Virus record (IMG/VR): IMGVR_UViG_3300031364_000001
Coordinates: 1,007 to 65,006 of that record
Origin: a virus
Lineage: Duplodnaviria > Caudoviricetes
Length of the DNA stretch: 64,000 nt
Strand: one strand, 5' to 3'
The number at the start of each line of letters is the position of its first letter. The stretch's first letter is position 1. Position numbers and translations under genes: made by a program. Below, in pieces: positions 57,945 to 64,000 of the stretch. Under the pieces are notes generated by a model, which was given only the letters and a program-made list of their open reading frames with translations, ran no database searches and was not told the origin of the DNA.

Positions 57945-60440
57945 TTATAAATCCTCCTCTTTAATTTCGTCTGCCCAATTCTTTCCATAATAAGTAACTT
58001 TTGCATTTAATGGAATTATTATCCATTCAAAATTTTTCCTAATTTCATTTAACATTATATTTTTTATATAAAGTAATAATTCTTCCCATTCACTTTCACA
58101 AACATCAAACACTATACAATCATATATTTGATTTATAATTTTAGTTTTATAATTATTTTCTTTTAAATATTTATTTATTTTACATAAACTCCATAACAAT
58201 AAATGAAACGCTTGTCCTTGAAATGCCAAATTATTAACTTGATTCCTTCTCATATATCCCGTTGCTCTAAATCCTGTTTTAAATTCTATATATCCATTTT
58301 CTAAATAAAAATTATAATTAGCTTTTTTCCATTCATTGTATTCTTTAAATCTTTCATTCCAAAATATATATTCTACCTGTTTAATATGGTTTTCAAATTC
58401 TTGTTTACTACTTATAAAAGAATATAATATTTTTTTCTGATCTTCTGTACAATATTCCCAAATATTATTAGCACAATTAACGTAATAATCTCCGTAAAAT
58501 TGAGGAAATACAAATTTATTTTTTGCAATATATCGTAAATCTTTTGTTACTTTTTCTTTATCTATATAAAAAATATCTGCTGCTGTATCTCTGTGCATAT
58601 CCGTATCTTCATCATTTATATAATTAATTAAATTACTATCTTTTGTCATACAAGCTGCTACCATAACTTCAATACCTGAGTAATCGATTTCTACTAAATA
58701 ATCATTTTTAGCAATTATAGTTTCCCTTATCATATCTTTTGCAACTTCATTTCTTTTCGGGATATTTGCCATATTAGGAAATGAAGTGGATGGACGATAA
58801 CTTGAAACTGTATGTAAATTAAAAATAGGATATAAAAAATCATTTATTTCTTCCCTATCAAATTGGCTTAAATAAGTATCTCTCATTTTTGTTAATGATC
58901 TTTTTTCTAATATATTATTAGTTAATCTTTTATCGTATAATTTTAAACTATTAGCATCAACGCTTTGTAAACCTGTTTTTGTTTCTCCTTTTATTTCCCA
59001 TTTACAAATATCAAATAATAATACTCTTAATTGTTTACTACTATCGTAATTAAAATTATCTTCCTTCCATAATTTTACTTCTTTACTATTCATTATTTCA
59101 TTATGCAATAAATTTATTTTATCAGTTAAAATATTATAATTTTTTTGATATGCTTCTTTATCAAATTTTATTCCATTTAAATGAACATCAAATAAATTCC
59201 TTAATCCTTCCATAAAAAATTCAAAACCTTTTTTTAAATGAATGTCATTATCTAATTTTTGTTTTTGCTTTTCATATAGTAAATATGTAAAATAACTATC
59301 TAATGCACAATAATATAATAATTGTTCTTGATTAGCTTTTTCTATATTATTATAATTACTACTTGATTTTAAAAATTTACTTATACTATCATCATATCCT
59401 TTTATTCCGAAATTTAAATATGTTTGTCTTTTTAATCCAGTTATTCCTTGCCTATTATCTAATATATGAGAACAAATCATCGTGTCCCAATACCAATTTT
59501 TTATATCACATTTAAAAATATTTTTAGTCCAGGAATTTTCAAAATTAGCATTCTGACATATTTTATATATTTTTTCATTTTCAAATATCTGTTTTAATTC
59601 TAATATTATTTCTTCATCATTATTTATCATAAATGCATAACTTTTTCTATTTATACAAATTGATATACAAACTATTTTACTATTTTTATATTGAGGCCTT
59701 AATGAATTTGTTTCATAATCAAAAGTTATTATATCATTATCTTTTATATATTGTAAAAATTCAATTATTCTATTTTTATTTCTTATAATACAGATATTAT
59801 TTTTATAATCTAATATTTTAAATTTTCTATTATCATTAATAGCATTATATAAATTATCTCTAAATATTTTTTGTAAAATAACTTCTTTTTCATTATGCAA
59901 AATATAACTAGGAGAATAAATAGGATAAATAAAGCATTTATATTCTTGATCTGGAATATTAAAACCTATCCATTGTTCATATGTAGTTACTGACTCTTTA
60001 TGCCCGATTAAACTTTCTAATGCTATTTTACCAAAAGTTATTATTTTTTTAGGTAATAAAATTTCTATCTCTCTTAATAAATTACCTTTACATAATTTAA
60101 TATCTGAATTTGTAGGAATACCCTTACTTTTACATCTTATTGCAGGAATAATATAACAATCTTCAAATAAATTTATATCTAGTTCTTTTAAAGTTTCTTG
60201 TAAATATTTACCCGCTTTATTATTTAAAAACCCTTGTTCATCTTCTTCTTTTGTTATAAACTCTGTAATTATTAGTATTTGTTTTTTGCCTTTACCTTTT
60301 GGTTTTATTTTTGGAGATAAACAAGTTTTATATTTTTGACATTTTTCACAAAGTTCTTCTTGTGTATATTCCTTTTTTGTTTTTTCTTTTGATTTTATTT
60401 CATTACCAAATAGATCAGTTTGAAAAAATGGTTTATTCAT
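57945..60440 (-). CDS. family A DNA polymerase with N-terminal UDG-like and 3'-5' exonuclease domains
   Basis: FDYET, N.NFE, Y.ALD; PNMANIP; DYSGIE; R..AKN.FVFPQFYG; QIYD. Confidence 0.92.
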   Translation of the reverse strand: MNKPFFQTDLFGNEIKSKEKTKKEYTQEELCEKCQKYKTCLSPKIKPKGKGKKQILIITEFITKEEDEQGFLNNKAGKYLQETLKELDINLFEDCYIIPAIRCKSKGIPTNSDIKLCKGNLLREIEILLPKKIITFGKIALESLIGHKESVTTYEQWIGFNIPDQEYKCFIYPIYSPSYILHNEKEVILQKIFRDNLYNAINDNRKFKILDYKNNICIIRNKNRIIEFLQYIKDNDIITFDYETNSLRPQYKNSKIVCISICINRKSYAFMINNDEEIILELKQIFENEKIYKICQNANFENSWTKNIFKCDIKNWYWDTMICSHILDNRQGITGLKRQTYLNFGIKGYDDSISKFLKSSSNYNNIEKANQEQLLYYCALDSYFTYLLYEKQKQKLDNDIHLKKGFEFFMEGLRNLFDVHLNGIKFDKEAYQKNYNILTDKINLLHNEIMNSKEVKLWKEDNFNYDSSKQLRVLLFDICKWEIKGETKTGLQSVDANSLKLYDKRLTNNILEKRSLTKMRDTYLSQFDREEINDFLYPIFNLHTVSSYRPSTSFPNMANIPKRNEVAKDMIRETIIAKNDYLVEIDYSGIEVMVAACMTKDSNLINYINDEDTDMHRDTAADIFYIDKEKVTKDLRYIAKNKFVFPQFYGDYYVNCANNIWEYCTEDQKKILYSFISSKQEFENHIKQVEYIFWNERFKEYNEWKKANYNFYLENGYIEFKTGFRATGYMRRNQVNNLAFQGQAFHLLLWSLCKINKYLKENNYKTKIINQIYDCIVFDVCESEWEELLLYIKNIMLNEIRKNFEWIIIPLNAKVTYYGKNWADEIKEEDL

Positions 60441-62073
60441 TATTACAACCTAACAATTTAACTTCACTTCTTAATAACTTTCTATTACTTCCAAAATATT
60501 TATGTACTTCTTTAATATCAATTTCAAGCTCATTCGCACAATTAGTTTCATCCTTAACCCATTTATTTAATCTTGCCATTTCTATATTCAATTTCATCAT
60601 AAATTCTTGATTTATTTTACAATGTATATTTCCATTTTTATACGCACGAATTCTCATGAATTCTTTTCCATTCGTGTAAGTAAATATATTTTCCTTTCCT
60701 GCTTGCCAATTAAAATTAAAACTACTATCTATATTTTCAAACCCTAAATTATTTGCAATAGTAGAAATATCGTTTATAAAATCATGTATATCTCTATACA
60801 ATCCTTTTGGATATTGATAACTACTATAACCTGTATTATCAAAGCAATTCCATCTTACAAATACTAACCTATAGTCTAATTTAAAATGCGTATGATCTTT
60901 TACTGAATATCTCCAACCATCTTCAATAAACTTTTTATTTGACTTATAGTTTTTTATATTATCAGGACTTGCCATCTCAAAATAAACTTCTTTTAATTGT
61001 TCGTCAATATAGATATTAGCATTTTTCAAAACCCATATTACTAATGAATAAGCATTACCAGCCGTAAAATCAATATTTGTTTGTTTATTCAATTTATCTA
61101 ATATTTTTTTTCGGCTTTCAGATGTTAATTTATTTGTTATCTTATCTAAATTATCAAATAACTCATTCCAATATAATATTTTTAAATTACTTATTTTTTC
61201 TTTTAATGCAGTTTTTAGATTATCAAAATTAACGCCCATCTCTTTAAATAAATCATAATCAATATTTTCTAATTGTTTATAAGTATTCAATAACTTTTCC
61301 ATATCTTTTTGATATAGCTCTTCTAAAGATTCGATTATATTTTTACCTTTTATCAATTCTTTTATTTCTTCACTTTTACTTTTTTTATCATTTGGATTAA
61401 AATATTGTTTTTCTTTTTCTGCATTTATTTTGAAATTTTCTTCAAACCAAATATCAAAAGGATCATTATCACATTTTCCGTATTTAGTAACCCCAAAATC
61501 AAAACGTATTATATTTATTTTAGCCCTTGCTTGCCTATATTCAGAGTCTAAAAAATCACCTTCAAATATTACTTCATATTTAATTTTACGTTTTTCTATT
61601 ATTGATTTAATTTCTTCATTGTCGTCCCATCTTTCAGGAATTATTAAGTAAGCTATATTACAATTTGATTCTTTTAATATTTTTAAAGTCCATTCTTTAA
61701 ACCTACTATAAGGTGGGTTGCAAAATATCATATCTACTTTTTTATCAATTAATGTTTGTTTTTCAAAATCAGTACCAATTATTATAATATCATCGGGCAT
61801 TGCGGTTATAAGCATTTCTGATTTTTCAATTGCGAATTTATCAATATGTGTTTTATAACGTTCATCTTTTGGCAATGGTAATAATTCATCGAATACTTTA
61901 AATACATTACTGTTGCCAGCTCCGATATCTAACATTGAAAAATTTTCAATTTCATTACTATAATTTTTTTTATCTTTTGTATAATTATTAAATACTACTT
62001 TTATCATTTCATTTGTTGAAGGATAAAATTCATAATCCTGGTTATTTTCTTTTAACTTATTTATTAATTGCAT
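60433..62073 (-). CDS. DNA methyltransferase with DUF4942-like domain
   Basis: DYEFYP, LDIGAG, FCNPPY, YKNGN.H.K. Confidence 0.82.
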   Translation of the reverse strand: MQLINKLKENNQDYEFYPSTNEMIKVVFNNYTKDKKNYSNEIENFSMLDIGAGNSNVFKVFDELLPLPKDERYKTHIDKFAIEKSEMLITAMPDDIIIIGTDFEKQTLIDKKVDMIFCNPPYSRFKEWTLKILKESNCNIAYLIIPERWDDNEEIKSIIEKRKIKYEVIFEGDFLDSEYRQARAKINIIRFDFGVTKYGKCDNDPFDIWFEENFKINAEKEKQYFNPNDKKSKSEEIKELIKGKNIIESLEELYQKDMEKLLNTYKQLENIDYDLFKEMGVNFDNLKTALKEKISNLKILYWNELFDNLDKITNKLTSESRKKILDKLNKQTNIDFTAGNAYSLVIWVLKNANIYIDEQLKEVYFEMASPDNIKNYKSNKKFIEDGWRYSVKDHTHFKLDYRLVFVRWNCFDNTGYSSYQYPKGLYRDIHDFINDISTIANNLGFENIDSSFNFNWQAGKENIFTYTNGKEFMRIRAYKNGNIHCKINQEFMMKLNIEMARLNKWVKDETNCANELEIDIKEVHKYFGSNRKLLRSEVKLLGCNNE

Positions 62074-63069
62074 TTATTCACCCATTAACATAGTTATATA
62101 TTTAATATCATCATTTTGAAAAACTATCATAGTATCTGAAATAAAAGTTTTAAACTCATTACTAAAATCTGATTTTAAAAAATCTAATAAATAAGTATGA
62201 TTTATTCCGAACTTAATATTTTCTACTTCATTTTCTTTATCTAATTTTGTTTTTACATTTATTCCTACATAATTACTACTTGTAATTTTAATATCATTCT
62301 TTTCAATTTCAATTATTAATGTCACATTTTCATTACTATCTAAAATTGAAGTATTAATGTTTATATCTTCAATATTCAACTTATCTAAAAAATGTATCTC
62401 TTTTCCATTCTGTATTTCTATTCGTTGATAATCTGGGAATTTACTTTCAGTTATAAAAGTAAAATAAATAATAGTATTATCTGCTAAGAAATAAATTGTA
62501 TTTTCTTTTATACAATACTTTTGAATATCATATTTTAATAATAAACTTATTTGTAATTGCTTTAAAAAGAACTTTAAAAAATCTTTTTGCAAATTATAAA
62601 TTATTAAACACTCCCCGTCTGTTGATACTATTTTATCATTGTCAATAAAAATAATAGGATTAAAACGTCTATTATTCTTATCTAATATAGCACTTGTAAA
62701 CTTTATGCCTTTGATAAAATTATCAGGTAAATCTTGCCATTCAAAAGTATTATTAAAATCAAACTCAGATTTAATCTCTTGTTTAGGTAATTCAATTTCT
62801 GTTTTTGCAGTTATAATTTTTATAGTTTCTTCAATTTGTAATTCAATTTCATTATCTTTTAATTTTGATAATAAAAGAATTAACTCATTTAAAGGTAAAC
62901 TAAAATTTTCTTTTAAACTTTTTTCAAAAAATTCTGAATAAATCATTATATCATTATTAGTTTGATAAATGATATTATTCTTAAAATTTACTTGATTAGT
63001 TTCAATTTTGCTTGTATTACTTTGCATACCTTGTAATACTTTTAATAATTCTTTTCTGTCAATTCTCAT
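62074..63069 (-). CDS. beta sliding clamp-like protein
   Basis: MRIDRKELL, STDG..L, FPDY, GIN..YLLD, C-terminal MLM. Confidence 0.7.
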   Translation of the reverse strand: MRIDRKELLKVLQGMQSNTSKIETNQVNFKNNIIYQTNNDIMIYSEFFEKSLKENFSLPLNELILLLSKLKDNEIELQIEETIKIITAKTEIELPKQEIKSEFDFNNTFEWQDLPDNFIKGIKFTSAILDKNNRRFNPIIFIDNDKIVSTDGECLIIYNLQKDFLKFFLKQLQISLLLKYDIQKYCIKENTIYFLADNTIIYFTFITESKFPDYQRIEIQNGKEIHFLDKLNIEDININTSILDSNENVTLIIEIEKNDIKITSSNYVGINVKTKLDKENEVENIKFGINHTYLLDFLKSDFSNEFKTFISDTMIVFQNDDIKYITMLMGE

Positions 63070-63097
63070 TTTTACTCCTATTTATATATAATATTTT

Positions 63098-63772
63098 TTA
63101 TTCTATATTAAATAAATTTTTTTCTTTTTTATCATAAAAAAATTTACCATCAATCTTATTCTTTATAATAGCAAATCTTTCTTCCTGTGCTTCATAATAA
63201 TCTTTATCAATCTCACAGCCAATAAAATCAAAACCTAGTTCATAACAGGCAATACGAGTGGTACCAGATCCTGTAAAAGGATCAAATACTTTTAATTTAT
63301 TTTTTTTATTATTGCTGGTCATTTTTAATAATTTTCTTGCCCAATCTAATGGTTTAGGACATATATGATTTATAGTATTATCAATAAACATATTAGTTTG
63401 GAAATAATCATGCATTACCATACCTTTAATTTTTCCATATACCAAATGAGGCTCCCAATCGTTAAACCCAATAAATGATCTATGTCCTGGACTTCCCTTA
63501 TACCAACATATTAACCAATCAGGTATAAAATTTTTATAAATCCAATCTAATTTTTTAATTCTCATACAAGGCATAATTACCATTTGACTTATTCTTTTTG
63601 CCAAAGGTATAAAATTTTCTATTAATAAATACCAATTTTCTTCAGTATCTTTATACGTATTATATTCTAAATTAATTCCATAAGGAGGATCAGTTAAAAT
63701 TAAATCAAATTTATTATTTTTACATTTTACCATATATTCTAAACAATCAATATTATATACAATATTTTCCAT
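63098..63772 (-). CDS. N4-C/N6-A DNA methyltransferase (beta type)
   Basis: DLILTDPPY, H.CPKP, DPFTGSGTT, G.EID. Confidence 0.9.
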   Translation of the reverse strand: MENIVYNIDCLEYMVKCKNNKFDLILTDPPYGINLEYNTYKDTEENWYLLIENFIPLAKRISQMVIMPCMRIKKLDWIYKNFIPDWLICWYKGSPGHRSFIGFNDWEPHLVYGKIKGMVMHDYFQTNMFIDNTINHICPKPLDWARKLLKMTSNNKKNKLKVFDPFTGSGTTRIACYELGFDFIGCEIDKDYYEAQEERFAIIKNKIDGKFFYDKKEKNLFNIE

Positions 63773-63881
63773 TTACCTTTCCTTTTTCTGATTATAATTA
63801 ACTTTTGCAATATTTAAATTATCTAATAGCACTTTTCCTATTGATCTACATTCCAAACAAACAAAAAATTCTTTTCGATTA

Positions 63882-64000
63882 AAATCATTATATCATTATT
63901 AGTTTGATAAATGATATTATTCTTAAAATTTACTTGATTAGTTTCAATTTTGCTTGTATTACTTTGCATACCTTGTAATACTTTTAATAATTCTTTTCTG
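63882..64000. repeat. direct repeat of 62940-63058 (5' end of the clamp gene)
   Basis: At least 119 bp identical, running to the window edge. Confidence 0.9.

Noticed and set aside
1-64000. CRISPR array, diversity-generating retroelement, integrase or alternative genetic code
   Set aside because: No regularly spaced repeats, no reverse transcriptase or TR/VR pair, no recombinase seen; standard-code ORFs tile the window densely
63882-64000. Genome terminal repeat or circular overlap
   Set aside because: It matches an internal site about 940 bp away, not the window start

Overview
A 64 kb segment of a very AT-rich tailed phage with a contractile tail (myovirus). Most genes are on the minus strand. 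(1) Replication and recombination genes: DnaB-like helicase (runs off the left edge), initiator-like protein, family A DNA polymerase with an N-terminal UDG-like domain, beta-clamp-like gene, DnaX-like clamp loader with an intein, gp32-like SSB, RecA/UvsX, resolvase, SbcD with a split SbcC, and two DNA methyltransferases. (2) A full packaging, head, neck, tail and baseplate module, including TerL with an atypical intein. (3) Dispersed lysis genes. A plus-strand island at about 5.4-13 kb encodes an SF2 helicase, primase, a minimal AbiEii-like nucleotidyltransferase, a sigma-like protein, a membrane protein and a lipoprotein. The most unusual signals lie outside the ORF track: three dispersed tRNA-scaffold RNAs with variable inserts in place of the anticodon arm; a twister-ribozyme-like RNA in an early leader; 55-bp inverted repeats carrying outward-facing promoters; and insertions (two HNH genes and one methylase) that appear to leave or duplicate the 5' end of the gene they invade. 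All calls come from reading the sequence by eye; no database searches or folding computations were run.
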